Of a stretch of DNA of 64,000 nt, positions 48,714 through 59,582 are shown in pieces. The notes beneath the pieces are model-generated. The model did no database searches and was not told the origin of the DNA. It saw nothing but the letters and a program-made list of their open reading frames with translations. Origin of the DNA: Pseudomonadota bacterium. Lineage in GTDB: Bacteria; Pseudomonadota; Gammaproteobacteria; Burkholderiales; Rhodocyclaceae. The stretch covers positions 26,302 to 90,301 of the forward strand of contig JAFEDH010000026.1 of NCBI GenBank assembly GCA_018241695.1, written 5' to 3'. Both the position numbers and the translations under genes were made by a program. Each line of letters opens with the position of its first letter. Position 1 is the first letter of the stretch.

Positions 48714-50114
48714 ATGCAAAACATCACCACCGGGTTCGCCCGCCTCAAGGCCAGCACGCCCCGGCTCGCCCAGACCAGCGCCCGCGAGCGGGCAGACAAG
48801 CTGCGCGCACTCCTCAACGCCACCCTGGCCGCCAAACAGCGCTTCTTCGAGGCTTCCTACGAGGAACTAAAGTCCTGCGATCTGGACGTGGCCGGCCAGT
48901 TGATGATGATCAAGACCGAGGTGGACTTCGCCGCCAAGCATCTCGAAAAATGGATGAAGCCGCGCAAGGTGCCCAATTCCGCCGCCACCTTTGGCAAGAA
49001 GTGCTACATCCGTTACGAGCCGAAAGGGGTGATGCTCAACCTTTCCACCTGGAACGCCCCCGTCTGCATCAGCCTGATCCCCCCCATCGCCGCCATCGCC
49101 GCCGGCAATGCCGTGGCCCTCAAGCCTTCCGAACTCGCGCCTCTGAGCGGCGGAGTGGTGCGTGAAGTGGTGGAGTCCGTGTTTTCCGCCGATGAGTTCG
49201 CGGTGTTCGAAGGCGGCCCCGATGTGGCCCAGGCACTGCTGGAGCAGCCCTGGAACCACATCTACTACACTGGCGGTCAGCGTGTCGGCCGCATCGTCAT
49301 GAAGGCTGCCGCCGAGTATTTCTCCGGGGTCACGCTTGAAATGGGTGGCAAGAACCCGGTCTTCATCGACGCTTCCGCAGATATTCCCAATGCCGCCAGA
49401 AAGATTGCCTGGGGGCGTCTGGCCAATTCCGGCCAGGTCTGTGTGGCGCCCGACTACGCGCTGGTTCATGCCTCCCGCCATGAGGCCTTCATTACCGCGC
49501 TGAAGGACAACATCAGCGCCATGTACAACCCCAAGGGCGAAGGCTTCGACAAGTCTTCGGAGTATCTGCGCATCGTCAACGAAGCGCAGGCCAGTCGCAT
49601 CAAGCGCCTGATCGACGATGCCGTGGCCAAGGGGGCGCAGGTCGCTTTCGGTGGCGAGGTGCGCGTCTCCGAGCGTTTCGTGGCACCCACCATCCTCACC
49701 GGCGTCACCGAGGAAATGGAGATTCTCCATGAGGAAGTTTTCGGTCCGGTGCTGGCGGTGCTGCCCTACCAGCACCGCGATGATGCCATCGAGATGGTGC
49801 GCCGCCGGCCCAAACCCCTTGCGTTGTATATCTATGCCACAGAGCGCGAGGCCATGGATTACTTCCTCACCAACACCTCGGCCGGCAGCACGGTGATCAA
49901 CCACAACCTGATCCAGTCGGGCACCAACCCCAACCTGCCTTTCGGTGGCGCCAACCATTCCGGCATCGGTCGCATCGGCGGAGAACGGGGCTTTCAGGAA
50001 ATGTCCAACGCCCGATCGGTGGTGGAGCAGCCTCTGGGCTGGCGTGATTTCGCTTTCAACTTCCCGCCCTACAGCAAGAACTACCGCAAGATGATCGAGA
50101 AAGCTCTCGGCTGA
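48714..50114 (+). CDS. Aldehyde dehydrogenase, class 3-like
   Basis: 466 aa. EMGGKNP, catalytic-Cys motif GQVCVAPDY, PFGGANHSGIG. Length and N-terminus resemble ALDH3/coniferyl-aldehyde dehydrogenases. Confidence 0.88.
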   Translation: MQNITTGFARLKASTPRLAQTSARERADKLRALLNATLAAKQRFFEASYEELKSCDLDVAGQLMMIKTEVDFAAKHLEKWMKPRKVPNSAATFGKKCYIRYEPKGVMLNLSTWNAPVCISLIPPIAAIAAGNAVALKPSELAPLSGGVVREVVESVFSADEFAVFEGGPDVAQALLEQPWNHIYYTGGQRVGRIVMKAAAEYFSGVTLEMGGKNPVFIDASADIPNAARKIAWGRLANSGQVCVAPDYALVHASRHEAFITALKDNISAMYNPKGEGFDKSSEYLRIVNEAQASRIKRLIDDAVAKGAQVAFGGEVRVSERFVAPTILTGVTEEMEILHEEVFGPVLAVLPYQHRDDAIEMVRRRPKPLALYIYATEREAMDYFLTNTSAGSTVINHNLIQSGTNPNLPFGGANHSGIGRIGGERGFQEMSNARSVVEQPLGWRDFAFNFPPYSKNYRKMIEKALG

Positions 50115-50134
50115 TCCTGTGGTGCTTGCTGGTG

Positions 50135-50164
50135 ACGGGCACCCGGTACGCACCGGGTGCCCGT
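50135..50164 (+). terminator. Perfect 13-bp hairpin after the aldehyde dehydrogenase gene (possible terminator, no clear T tract)
   Basis: ACGGGCACCCGGT-ACGC-ACCGGGTGCCCGT. It overlaps the GTG 50157 start offered by the ORF track for the next gene. Confidence 0.45.
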
Positions 50165-50201
50165 TGTCATTGGCGGAAGCTTTTCGGGTAAGGTCCGCGC
50201 C

Positions 50202-51425
50202 ATGCTTCGCGTTTCCGTGTCTTCTCCATTCGTTCCCGCTTTTGGGGCTGTCCTGTTGCTCATCGTACTTGCCGAAGCCATGGGTGCTGCCGGCTGGGTA
50301 GCTGCCCCCCATCGTTTTCTGCATCTCGACCCCAGCTATTTCAGCCCCTTTTTCACTTTTGCCGTCGGCGCCGTCTTCCTCTGCCATTGTCGGTTACAGG
50401 GGTGCAGCGGCCCGGTGTTTGCCGCTGTCATGACCGGGATGATCCTCTTTGCCTTCCATGTGGCGCTGGGCGTTCCGGGGAGCCACACTTTTTTGCGTGG
50501 TGGCGGGCTGGCGGTTTACTGTCTGGGGCTGGGCAGCACGCTGATCCTGGGCTGGCAGTCGCTACGTGGCCGGTCCGATGCCTGGGCGGCGTTGCAAACC
50601 GGCTGGCTGCCGGGATTGTTCGTCATCCTTTCATGCACCGGCCTCGACGCCAGCGTGCGCTACAACCCGGAAACCTTCGATGGCGCGCTGCTCCATTTCG
50701 ATGCCAGCCTGGGGGTGCAGCCCAGCATCGTCATGGCACGGATGCTTGCCGTTCTCCCCGGAGCACTCCAGGTATCCAGCCTGGCTTACGCGGTGCTGCC
50801 CTTGCTGGTTGCCATCCTGCATGTTCGCCAGGCATCGGATCTCCGGCATGCCGGGGAGGCGCTGCATGCCTTCCTGCTGGCGGCGGTGCTGGGTTTCGCA
50901 CTGTATTTCGTCTATCCCGCTGCGGGCCCCCGCTATCTGCTGGGCGAGGCATTCCCCTGGGGGCATCCCGACATTTCCATGGTTGCTCTGGCCCCCGCAC
51001 CGCTGGGCACGGGATTTCGCAATGCGGTTCCTTCGCTGCACATGACCTGGGCCCTGCTGCTCTGGCTGGGTGCACGGCAGCTGGGCCGTGCATGGGCGGT
51101 GGTCATGGCTGTTTTCGCGGGACTGACCGTGGTGGCCACCCTGGGGCTGGGAGAGCACTACCTTGTGGATCTGGTGGTGGCCTGTCCGCTGGTGGTCCTG
51201 GTTCATGTGGGGGTGACTTGCCGCACGGAACGTTTGCGCCGGATGATTCCGGCGTTCCTCCTGCTGGGGTGCTGGTTGGTCTACCTTGCCCTTGGGTCGG
51301 CCTGGTTTGCTTCGGTTGGCCGATGGCACTGGCTGGCCATTTTCCTCACCCTGGGGTTGTGCTGGCGCTGGGTGCGGCCAAGAGCAGCGCAACCTCATTC
51401 ACAGGCAAGCCCAGCGCTGCGCTGA
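50202..51425 (+). CDS. Polytopic membrane protein with PAP2_3-type (sphingomyelin/IPC-synthase-like) lipid phosphotransferase motifs
   Basis: C-terminal motifs AVPSLHMTW and GEHYLVDLVVA (SxH and HYxxD of the PAP2 superfamily). Multiple TM segments. Start uncertain (ATG 50202 preferred over GTG 50157). Confidence 0.6.
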   Translation: MLRVSVSSPFVPAFGAVLLLIVLAEAMGAAGWVAAPHRFLHLDPSYFSPFFTFAVGAVFLCHCRLQGCSGPVFAAVMTGMILFAFHVALGVPGSHTFLRGGGLAVYCLGLGSTLILGWQSLRGRSDAWAALQTGWLPGLFVILSCTGLDASVRYNPETFDGALLHFDASLGVQPSIVMARMLAVLPGALQVSSLAYAVLPLLVAILHVRQASDLRHAGEALHAFLLAAVLGFALYFVYPAAGPRYLLGEAFPWGHPDISMVALAPAPLGTGFRNAVPSLHMTWALLLWLGARQLGRAWAVVMAVFAGLTVVATLGLGEHYLVDLVVACPLVVLVHVGVTCRTERLRRMIPAFLLLGCWLVYLALGSAWFASVGRWHWLAIFLTLGLCWRWVRPRAAQPHSQASPALR

Positions 51426-51494
51426 TACCGAATTCCGACAGGCATCGATTGGTTGAAACCTGTATTGCTGATTGCGCAGGAGCGGATATTTCCG

Positions 51495-52307
51495 TCAGCG
51501 GTAGCGGTTGACACGATCGCGGGTTTCCTGTGCGACCCGCCGGGCGGCGGCGGCGTAGTCCTCGCTACTGCTGGCGTAGAGGATGGCGCGTGAGGAATTG
51601 ATCATGAGGCCGGTGCCGTTGCCGCTGCGGCCGGCCTTCACCGTGGCTTCCACATCGCCACCCTGGGCGCCGATGCCCGGCACCAGCAGGGGCAGTTCAC
51701 CGACGATCCCGCGCACGCGGGCGATCTCGGCGGGGAAAGTGGCGCCAACCACCAGGCCGCACTGCCCGGTGGTGTTCCATTCAGTAGCCACCAGTCGGGC
51801 GACGCGCTCGAACAGCTTTTCTCCACCCGTATCGAGAAACTGCAGATCGCTGCCACCGGGATTGGATGTGCGGCAGAGCAGGATCACGCCCTTGTCGGCA
51901 TACGCCAGCCAGGGCTCCACCGAGTCGCGGCCCATGTAGGGGTTGACGGTGACGGCATCGGCCCGGAAGCGGCGGAACGCTTCCACTGCGTACTGCTCGG
52001 CGGTACTGCCGATGTCGCCACGCTTGGCATCGAGAATCACAGGGATGCCGGGATGCCTTTCGTGGATATGTGCGATCAGGTCTTCGAGCTGGCCTTCGGC
52101 GCGCTGGGCGGCGAAATAGGCAATCTGGGGCTTGAAGGCACAGGCCAGGTCGGCGGTGGCGTCAACGATGGTCTTGCAGAATTCGAGGATGGCATCGGGC
52201 CGGCCTTGCAGATGGGCGGGAAACTTCATCGGATCCGGGTCGAGGCCGATGCAGAGCAGGCTGTTGTTCCTGTGCCAGGCGGCGGCGAGGGTTTCGGTGA
52301 ATGTCAT
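51495..52307 (-). CDS. pyrF: Orotidine 5'-phosphate decarboxylase (type 2)
   Basis: Start at [11 protein letters not shown] (ATG 52307). LCIGLDP and [10 protein letters not shown] motifs. Confidence 0.9.
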   Translation of the reverse strand: MTFTETLAAAWHRNNSLLCIGLDPDPMKFPAHLQGRPDAILEFCKTIVDATADLACAFKPQIAYFAAQRAEGQLEDLIAHIHERHPGIPVILDAKRGDIGSTAEQYAVEAFRRFRADAVTVNPYMGRDSVEPWLAYADKGVILLCRTSNPGGSDLQFLDTGGEKLFERVARLVATEWNTTGQCGLVVGATFPAEIARVRGIVGELPLLVPGIGAQGGDVEATVKAGRSGNGTGLMINSSRAILYASSSEDYAAAARRVAQETRDRVNRYR

Positions 52308-52442
52308 GGGGTGTTCAGCAAAGGGTGTCGCCGTGATTTGGCCGTTCCGGATGCTCGATGTCGTCAACGTGGATGGAGGTGACCCGATATCGCACCAGGC
52401 GGGATGTCAATGCGGCGAACGAGACGAGAGAGAACATTGCGC

Positions 52443-54266
52443 CTACTTGCCCTTGCCTTTGTCCTGGGTCACCCAGGAATCCTTCAGGGTCACGGTGCGG
52501 TTGAAGACCGGCGTGCCGGGCCGCGAGTCCTTGCGATCGGCGACGAAGTAGCCGTGGCGCTCGAACTGGAAACGTTCTTCAGCGGCTGCTTCCTTGAGGC
52601 TGGTTTCGAGTTGCGCGGTGATGGACTGCTTCGAGCCGGGATTGAGGTCGTCGAGAAAGTCGCGTTCCAGCCCTTCGGCATCCCCCTCGCGCCGGGCACC
52701 CGGCATTGGTACCGCGAAGAGGCGGTCGTAAAGCCGCACTTCGGCCGGGCAGGCGTGGCGGGCCGAGACCCAGTGGATGTTGCCCTTGACCTTGTAGTTG
52801 TCGGCGCCGGGGGTGCCGGATTTTGAATCGGGTTGCAGTTCGGCATGGACGGCGACGATGTTGCCTTCGTCATCCTTGTCACAGCCGATGCACTTGATGA
52901 CGAAGCCGTAGCGCAGGCGCACCAGGTTGCCGGGGAAGAGGCGGAAATAGCCCTTGGGCGGGGTTTCGGTGAAATCCTCGCGTTCGATCCAGAGCTCGCG
53001 GCCAAAGGGGATGGCGCGCTTGCCCAGTTCCGGCTTCTGCGGGTGATTGGGGGCTTCGCACCATTCCTCGTGATCGGCGGGCACGTTGTCCAGGACCAGC
53101 CGGAGCGGGTCGAGCACCGCGATACGGCGCGGTGCATCGGCATTGAGCGTCTCGCGCATGCAGTCTTCCAGCACCGTCATGTCGATCAGCGAATCAGACT
53201 TGGAAATCCCGATGCGTTCGGCGAACATCCGGAAGCCCTCGGGGGTGAAACCACGGCGGCGGGCGCCGACCAGGGTGGGCATGCGGGGATCGTCCCAGCC
53301 GTCGACATGTTTTTCGGTCACCAGCTGGATCAGGCGGCGCTTGGAGAGCACCACATAGGTGAGGTTGAGGCGGGAGAATTCATATTGCCGGGGCAGGGGG
53401 CGCGCCAGCAGGCCGCAATCGGCGATGCGCTCCAGAACCCAGTCGTAGAAGGGGCGTTGATCCTCGAATTCGAGGGTGCAGATGGAGTGGGTGATGTTCT
53501 CCAGCGCATCCTCGACGGGGTGGGCGTAGGTGTACATCGGATACACGCAGAAGCGGTCACCGGTGCGGTGATGGGTGGCATGGCGGATGCGGAAGATGGC
53601 CGGATCGCGCATGTTGATGTTGGCCGCGGCCATGTCGATCTTCGCCCGCAGGATATGGGCGCCATCGGGAAATTCGCCAGCCTGCATGCGTTTGAAAAGA
53701 TCGAGATTCTCGGCAATGGTGCGGGTGCGGAAGGGGCTGTTGCGGCCCGCTTCGGTGAGAGTGCCGCGGCTGGCGCGCATTTCCTCGGCATTCTGGCTGT
53801 CCACATAGGCGTGGCCGGCTTCGATCAGGGCTTCGGCAGCCTGCACCATGAAATCGAAATAATCGGAGGCGTGGTAGAGGTGATCCTGACCAAGACCCGT
53901 CCAGGAACAACCCAGCCAGCGCACCGAATCGAGGATGGCATCGACGAACTCCTGATCCTCCTTTTCCGGATTGGTGTCGTCAAAGCGCATGTGACAGACA
54001 CCACCATAATCCCGGGCCAGGCCGAAGTTGAGCAGGATCGATTTTGCATGGCCGAAGTGCAGGTAGCCGTTCGGCTCCGGTGGGAAACGGGTGCGGATGC
54101 GGGCCGGATCAGCCGGGCCAGCCTGCTGTTGCGGGCCGGAACCGGGCATTCCGCACCAGTGGCGGCTGGCATAGGTGCCGGCCGCCAGGTCGGCTTCGAT
54201 GATATGGCGCAGAAAATTGACAGCTTTGGAGGCAGTGCTGTTTTCGGATGTTGCGGAATCGGCCAT
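52443..54266 (-). CDS. glnS: Glutaminyl-tRNA synthetase
   Basis: Start at MADSATSENS (ATG 54266). HIGH region PEPNGYLHFGHAKS and KMSKS-like VLSKRRL. Confidence 0.95.
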   Translation of the reverse strand: MADSATSENSTASKAVNFLRHIIEADLAAGTYASRHWCGMPGSGPQQQAGPADPARIRTRFPPEPNGYLHFGHAKSILLNFGLARDYGGVCHMRFDDTNPEKEDQEFVDAILDSVRWLGCSWTGLGQDHLYHASDYFDFMVQAAEALIEAGHAYVDSQNAEEMRASRGTLTEAGRNSPFRTRTIAENLDLFKRMQAGEFPDGAHILRAKIDMAAANINMRDPAIFRIRHATHHRTGDRFCVYPMYTYAHPVEDALENITHSICTLEFEDQRPFYDWVLERIADCGLLARPLPRQYEFSRLNLTYVVLSKRRLIQLVTEKHVDGWDDPRMPTLVGARRRGFTPEGFRMFAERIGISKSDSLIDMTVLEDCMRETLNADAPRRIAVLDPLRLVLDNVPADHEEWCEAPNHPQKPELGKRAIPFGRELWIEREDFTETPPKGYFRLFPGNLVRLRYGFVIKCIGCDKDDEGNIVAVHAELQPDSKSGTPGADNYKVKGNIHWVSARHACPAEVRLYDRLFAVPMPGARREGDAEGLERDFLDDLNPGSKQSITAQLETSLKEAAAEERFQFERHGYFVADRKDSRPGTPVFNRTVTLKDSWVTQDKGKGK

Positions 54267-54360
54267 GGCGCCTGGCGGGAAGATTGGATAATGCCCGGAT
54301 TCTACCGGCGCGGCCCTGTCCTGCGGGCATAATGGCGGCTCCACATTGCCGCCCGCACCC

Positions 54361-54822
54361 ATGCAGTTCGAGCATCGCATTCAAATCAACCCACCCGGAA
54401 TGTCGCCCGCCGAGACGCTCAGCCGGGCCCAGCTCTGGGCTGGCCTGATGAGCCGGGTGCGGGATGCGCGCCCTTTCATGCCCGGTCTCGATGCATGCGA
54501 GATCCTGCACTGGAGCGATACGCGGGTGGAGCGCCGCCTGCGCTGGGGGGCTCTGGCCGTGGAAGACCGGGTGGTGATCGAGGCCGATCGGTGGCTACGT
54601 TTCGAAACATCCCCTGGAGCCGACCATAACGGTGGCTTGCTGACCATCACCATCGAGACGCCGACACCGGGAGATCTTTTTCTGCGCTTCGGCTACGAAA
54701 TCCGTTTTGCCACCGGTCGCGAAATCGAGGACGCGGCGTACAGCGAATTCCTGCGCCAGGCTTACGCGGCCGCCGATACCGATACCGTGCGCGTTATCCG
54801 CGAGCTGACTCATTCCGAATGA
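54361..54822 (+). CDS. DUF1857 (AtaL-like, SRPBCC-fold) protein
   Basis: [33 protein letters not shown]...ACEIL resembles the DUF1857 N-terminus as I remember it. Confidence 0.5.
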   Translation: MQFEHRIQINPPGMSPAETLSRAQLWAGLMSRVRDARPFMPGLDACEILHWSDTRVERRLRWGALAVEDRVVIEADRWLRFETSPGADHNGGLLTITIETPTPGDLFLRFGYEIRFATGREIEDAAYSEFLRQAYAAADTDTVRVIRELTHSE

Positions 54823-54844
54823 TGAAACCGAGAGGAACGCAATC

Positions 54845-55228
54845 TTGAATCCAGCCGCTTTCGGTGCCATCGGTCTGGGTGCTGCGCTGGGCGCCTGGCT
54901 GCGCTGGGGGCTGGGGCTCGCATTGAATCCCCTGTTGCCGACTCTGCCCCTGGGAACCCTGGCCGCCAACCTGATCGGGGGCTATCTGGTGGGCGCCGCC
55001 GTGACCGTCTTCCACATCAATCTCGATCTGTCGCCGGAATGGCGGCTGTTCGTGATCACCGGCTTCCTGGGCGGACTCACGACCTTTTCCACCTTTTCCG
55101 CCGAGGTGGTCGCTGCCATCCAGCGCGGAGCCTATGGATGGGCACTGACCACGGCAACGCTACATCTGGGTGGATCGCTGCTGTTGACGGGACTGGGCAT
55201 CTGGACCGTGCTGCGGCTCAACGGATGA
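54845..55228 (+). CDS. crcB: Fluoride ion channel CrcB/FluC
   Basis: 127 aa, four TM segments, [14 protein letters not shown] and [15 protein letters not shown] motifs. Apparent TTG start with GAGAGGA SD 9 nt upstream. Confidence 0.85.
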   Translation: MNPAAFGAIGLGAALGAWLRWGLGLALNPLLPTLPLGTLAANLIGGYLVGAAVTVFHINLDLSPEWRLFVITGFLGGLTTFSTFSAEVVAAIQRGAYGWALTTATLHLGGSLLLTGLGIWTVLRLNG

Positions 55229-55542
55229 GCCGGTGGGTGACACGTCCGAGCACGGGATCCTTCAGCAGGAAAGCCGCCGCCAGATAGAGGGTGCCGCTGA
55301 CCAGCCCTGGACAGAAGCCCAGGCTTTCAGCCCGTACGCATCGAAGTCGAACTGATAGGCCCGGAATCCGCGATCATGTTCGCCGCCCTTCCGGCTATGA
55401 GATGCTTTTTCCGTATAATAACGCGCCCAAGAAATCGTTCCTTCAATAGAGAATGGATGCGATGCTGTTCTGGCGATGACTGTATGGCCAAACGGATCAG
55501 GGTTGGAGTTTACTTGCGGTAATGCCTGGCTGGAGAAGTTAA

Positions 55543-56847
55543 TTGAAAAGCGGTTTGATTGAAAAACTGAAAAGCAAAAAGGCGGCCATTGGTATTGTCG
55601 GGCTCGGCTACGTGGGGCTTCCCCTGATGTTACGTTACATCGAGGTGGGTTACCGGGTGATCGGCTTCGATATCGATCAGTCAAAAGTTGACCTCCTGGT
55701 TCAGGGAAAAAGCTATATCGAACACATCCCGGCGGATCGCATTGGCCGGGCAAGGCAGCGCGGCTTCGAGCCGACCACCGATTTTAGCCGGGCGGCAGAG
55801 GCCGATGCCCTGATCCTGTGTGTTCCCACACCACTGAACCGCTACCGGGAGCCTGATCTCAGCTTCGTCCTTGATACGACCGACTCTCTGGTTCCCCATC
55901 TGCGTCCCGGGCAGGTGGTCTCGCTGGAGAGCACCACCTATCCCGGTACGACGGACGAGGAACTGTTGCCGCGCATCGAATCCCGCGGCCTGAAGGTCGG
56001 CCGGGATGCGTTTCTGGTTTTCTCTCCGGAGCGCGAGGATCCGGGCAATCCCGATTTCACGACCCGCACCATCCCTAAAGTGTGCGGTGGGCATACGGCA
56101 GACTGTCTCGAAGTGGGGCTGGCCCTGTACGGGCAAGTGATCGACCGCGTTGTTCCGGTCAGTTCCACGCGTGCTGCGGAACTGACCAAGCTGCTGGAGA
56201 ACATCCACCGCGCGGTGAATATCGGGCTGGTCAATGAAATGAAGATCGTGGCCGACCGGATGGGTATCGACATCCATGAAGTGATCCGCGCCGCGGCCAC
56301 CAAGCCATTCGGTTTCGTGCCGTATTACCCGGGCCCGGGCCTGGGTGGGCACTGCATCCCGATCGATCCCTTCTATCTCACCTGGAAGGCGCGCGAATAC
56401 GGGGTTCATACACGTTTCATCGAACTGGCCGGGGAGGTGAACTCCTCCATGCCCGACTATGTGGTGAGCAAGATCTCCGCGGCGCTGAATCTGGCCAGAA
56501 AATCCATCAACGGCAGCCGGATTCTGGTGCTTGGCATCGCCTACAAGAAGAATGTGGATGACATGCGCGAATCTCCCTCCGTGATCCTGATGGAGAAACT
56601 GCGCGATCTGGGGGCGCAGGTAGCGTATAGCGATCCGCATGTCCCGGTATTCCCGAACATGCGCGAGCACAGCTTCGACCTGTCCAGCATTCCGCTGACC
56701 CGTGAAAATCTTTCCGCCCATGATTGCATCGTACTGGCGACCGATCACGACAGGTTCGATTACGACCTGATCAGGGCGCACGCCGCCCTGATCGTTGATT
56801 CCCGGGGCCGCTATCCGGCGGTCGCCAATCACATCGTGAAGGCTTGA
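55543..56847 (+). CDS. wbpA: UDP-N-acetyl-D-glucosamine 6-dehydrogenase (WbpA-type nucleotide-sugar dehydrogenase)
   Basis: 434 aa, TTG start with [22 protein letters not shown] Rossmann motif and catalytic GGHCIPIDP. Heads a WbpB/D/E/I gene set. Confidence 0.82.
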   Translation: MKSGLIEKLKSKKAAIGIVGLGYVGLPLMLRYIEVGYRVIGFDIDQSKVDLLVQGKSYIEHIPADRIGRARQRGFEPTTDFSRAAEADALILCVPTPLNRYREPDLSFVLDTTDSLVPHLRPGQVVSLESTTYPGTTDEELLPRIESRGLKVGRDAFLVFSPEREDPGNPDFTTRTIPKVCGGHTADCLEVGLALYGQVIDRVVPVSSTRAAELTKLLENIHRAVNIGLVNEMKIVADRMGIDIHEVIRAAATKPFGFVPYYPGPGLGGHCIPIDPFYLTWKAREYGVHTRFIELAGEVNSSMPDYVVSKISAALNLARKSINGSRILVLGIAYKKNVDDMRESPSVILMEKLRDLGAQVAYSDPHVPVFPNMREHSFDLSSIPLTRENLSAHDCIVLATDHDRFDYDLIRAHAALIVDSRGRYPAVANHIVKA

Positions 56848-56849
56848 AG

Positions 56850-57911
56850 ATGCGCCATTTCGCAGCCCCCGTGACCGATCGCAAAATCCGCTTTGCCCTG
56901 GTGGGGTGCGGGCGAATCGCACAAAACCATTTTGCAGCATTGAAGCAGCATGCGGATCACGCTGAATGGGTTGGCGTGTGTGATATCAACCCCGCAGCGC
57001 TCCAGGCCGCAGCCACCCTCACGGGTACGAAACCTTATGCAAGCCTGGACGGCATGCTCAACGATACCTCGGCCGACATTGTTGTCCTGACTACTCCTAG
57101 TGGCCTGCACCCGGACCAGACTGTCGAGGTGGCGGCGTCGGGCCGGCATGTGATGACCGAGAAGCCCATGGCGACCCGGTGGCATGACGGCTTGCGCATG
57201 GTGAAGGCTTGCGATGAGGAAAACGTGAGGCTCTTCGTAGTCAAGCAGAACCGCCGCAATGCCACCCTGCAGATGCTCAAGCGCGCGGTGGAGCAGGACC
57301 GCTTCGGCCGCATCTACATGGTGAACATCAATGTGTTCTGGACCCGGCCGCAGGAGTACTACGACAGCGCCGCCTGGCGCGGCACCTGGGAGTTCGATGG
57401 CGGCGCCTTCATGAACCAGGCCAGCCATTACGTCGATCTGCTCGACTGGCTGATCGGCCCGATCGAAAGCCTGCACGCCTACACCAGCACGCTGGCACGC
57501 GATATCGAAGTCGAGGATACCGGCGTGATCAGCATCAAGTGGCGCTCGGGCGCCCTGGGTTCGATGAATGTGACCATGCTCACCTATCCGAAAAATCTCG
57601 AAGGCAGTATCACCATCATCGGAGAAAAGGGAACGGTGCGGGTGGGCGGTGTGGCCGTGAACGAAATCCAGCACTGGGAATTCGCAGAGCCGCATGAGGA
57701 CGATGTCGCTGTGAAACAGGCCAGCTATGAAACCACCTCGGTCTATGGTTTCGGCCATCCCCTGTATTACGACAATGTGATCAAGGTGCTGCGTGGCGAG
57801 GCTCCACCCGAAACCGATGGCCGCGAGGGTCTCAAGTCGCTCGAAACGCTGATCGCGGCCTATCTCTCGGCCCGTGATGGCCGGCGCGTGCCCCTGCCGC
57901 TGGATTATTGA
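56850..57911 (+). CDS. wbpB: UDP-GlcNAcA 3-dehydrogenase (WbpB/WlbA-type Gfo/Idh/MocA oxidoreductase)
   Basis: [16 protein letters not shown] Rossmann motif and TEKPMA motif. Assignment relies on its position in the wbpA-B-D-E-I series. Confidence 0.75.
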   Translation: MRHFAAPVTDRKIRFALVGCGRIAQNHFAALKQHADHAEWVGVCDINPAALQAAATLTGTKPYASLDGMLNDTSADIVVLTTPSGLHPDQTVEVAASGRHVMTEKPMATRWHDGLRMVKACDEENVRLFVVKQNRRNATLQMLKRAVEQDRFGRIYMVNINVFWTRPQEYYDSAAWRGTWEFDGGAFMNQASHYVDLLDWLIGPIESLHAYTSTLARDIEVEDTGVISIKWRSGALGSMNVTMLTYPKNLEGSITIIGEKGTVRVGGVAVNEIQHWEFAEPHEDDVAVKQASYETTSVYGFGHPLYYDNVIKVLRGEAPPETDGREGLKSLETLIAAYLSARDGRRVPLPLDY

Positions 57912-57912
57912 C

Positions 57913-58473
57913 ATGACTGCGACCATTCATCCCACCGCGATTGTTGACGCGGGGGCGCTGATCGGTGAGGGCAGCCGGGTCTGGCACTGGGTGCATATCT
58001 GTGCTGGTGCCCGGATCGGCAAGGGCTGTTCGTTCGGGCAAAATGTATTCGTCGGCAATGATGTGCTCATCGGCGACAACGTCAAGGTGCAAAACAATGT
58101 CTCCATCTACGACGCTGTACACCTCGAAGATGATGTGTTCTGCGGCCCGAGCATGGTTTTTACCAATGTGTACAACCCGCGTTCGGCGATCAACCGCAAA
58201 AACGAATACCGCCAGACCCGGGTGCGCCGCGGCGCGACACTGGGCGCCAACTGCACCGTCGTTTGCGGCATCACTATCGGCGAGCATGCGTTCATCGGCG
58301 CCGGCGCGGTGGTGAACCGGGATGTTCCCGCCTACGCTCTGATGCTGGGGGTTCCTGCACAAAGAAAAGGCTGGATGTGCCGCTGTGGTGTCCGCCTTGC
58401 CGGCATGGGTGGCGTCGCCTGTGAGTGTGGCGCCCGTTACCGGATCGACGAAGAAAATTGCATTCCCCTATGA
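57913..58473 (+). CDS. wbpD: UDP-2-acetamido-3-amino-2,3-dideoxy-glucuronate N-acetyltransferase (WbpD/WlbB-type hexapeptide transferase)
   Basis: 186 aa from [12 protein letters not shown]. Left-handed beta-helix hexapeptide repeats. ATG lies 1 nt after the wbpB stop. Confidence 0.78.
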   Translation: MTATIHPTAIVDAGALIGEGSRVWHWVHICAGARIGKGCSFGQNVFVGNDVLIGDNVKVQNNVSIYDAVHLEDDVFCGPSMVFTNVYNPRSAINRKNEYRQTRVRRGATLGANCTVVCGITIGEHAFIGAGAVVNRDVPAYALMLGVPAQRKGWMCRCGVRLAGMGGVACECGARYRIDEENCIPL

Positions 58474-59582
58474 ACAGGAAAATCGAATTCATCGACCTCA
58501 AGGCCCAGTACGCCCATCTCAAGGACTCGATCAACAGCCGGATCCAGAAGGTGCTGGAACATGGCCAGTACATCATGGGGCCGGAGGTACGTGAACTGGA
58601 GCAACGGCTCGAAGCCTTTACCGGTGCCCGGCATTGCATCACCGTCGCCTCCGGGACCGAAGCGCTGCTGATTTCCCTCATGGCGCTGGGTGTCGGTCCG
58701 GGGGATGAAATCATCACCACACCGTTCACCTTCGTCGCCACGGCGGAAGTCATCGTCCTGCTTGGTGCTACTCCCGTGTTCGTGGATATCGAACCGGACA
58801 CCTGCAACATCGATGCCGGCCTGATCGAGGCGAAAATCACTCCCCGGACCCGGGCCATCATGCCGGTGAGTCTCTATGGACAGCCGTCGGACATGGATGC
58901 GATCAATGCGATCGCCGCTCGCCACGGCAATATTCCTGTCATCGAGGATGCGGCGCAGAGCTTTGGCGCCGAGTACCGCGGCAGAAAAAGTTGCAACCTT
59001 TCTACCATCGGCTGCACCAGCTTCTTTCCAAGCAAGCCCCTGGGCTGCTACGGCGACGGCGGAGCGATCTTCACCAGCGACGACGCCATCGCCCAGGCCT
59101 GCCGCGAAATCCGCGTGCACGGACAAAGCCAGCGTTATGTGCACACCCGGATCGGCGTGGGTGGGCGCATGGATACCCTGCAATGCGCGATCGTCCTCGC
59201 CAAGCTCGATCGCTTCGATATCGAGATCCGCCATCGTCTCGATGCCGGAGAGAATTATCGAAGTCTGCTGGATGACGTACCTGGTGTACAGCAACTTGCA
59301 GTACATGACGACCGGACCTGCGTTTGGGGGCAGTTCACCGTCCAGGTGGAGAAACGTGAAGCCGTTCTCGATCACCTCAAGAATGCGGGTATTCCGACTG
59401 CGGTTCACTACCCGGTGCCGTTACATCGACAACCGGCCTATCAGAGTCTCTGCTACACATCGGACACTCTTGAAAATTCAGAGAGGGTAGCCTCCCGTGT
59501 GTTCAGCTTGCCCATGCATCCGTACATTGATAACGATATGCAGGTGCGGATTGTCTATGAGATTGCGAGGGCATTGACATGA
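58470..59582 (+). CDS. wbpE: DegT/DnrJ/EryC1-family aminotransferase (WbpE/WlbC-type)
   Basis: Start at [14 protein letters not shown] (ATGA overlap with wbpD). PLP-lysine motif [16 protein letters not shown]. Confidence 0.85.
   Translation: MNRKIEFIDLKAQYAHLKDSINSRIQKVLEHGQYIMGPEVRELEQRLEAFTGARHCITVASGTEALLISLMALGVGPGDEIITTPFTFVATAEVIVLLGATPVFVDIEPDTCNIDAGLIEAKITPRTRAIMPVSLYGQPSDMDAINAIAARHGNIPVIEDAAQSFGAEYRGRKSCNLSTIGCTSFFPSKPLGCYGDGGAIFTSDDAIAQACREIRVHGQSQRYVHTRIGVGGRMDTLQCAIVLAKLDRFDIEIRHRLDAGENYRSLLDDVPGVQQLAVHDDRTCVWGQFTVQVEKREAVLDHLKNAGIPTAVHYPVPLHRQPAYQSLCYTSDTLENSERVASRVFSLPMHPYIDNDMQVRIVYEIARALT

Noticed and set aside
54823-54844. Fluoride riboswitch upstream of crcB
   Set aside because: Only 22 nt separate crcB from the preceding gene, which is too short for the crcB RNA motif.
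55510-55525. ops/JUMPStart-like element (TGCGGTAA against GGCGGTAG) upstream of wbpA
   Set aside because: Only 6/8 positions match, there is no flanking JUMPStart conservation, and RfaH dependence is not established for this lineage.
55262-55753. 163-aa minus-strand ORF spanning the wbpA start region
   Set aside because: It overlaps the wbpA 5' end on the opposite strand. It has no SD or recognisable domain and a mixed composition, so it is probably non-coding. The possible remnant is discussed as a low-interest finding.
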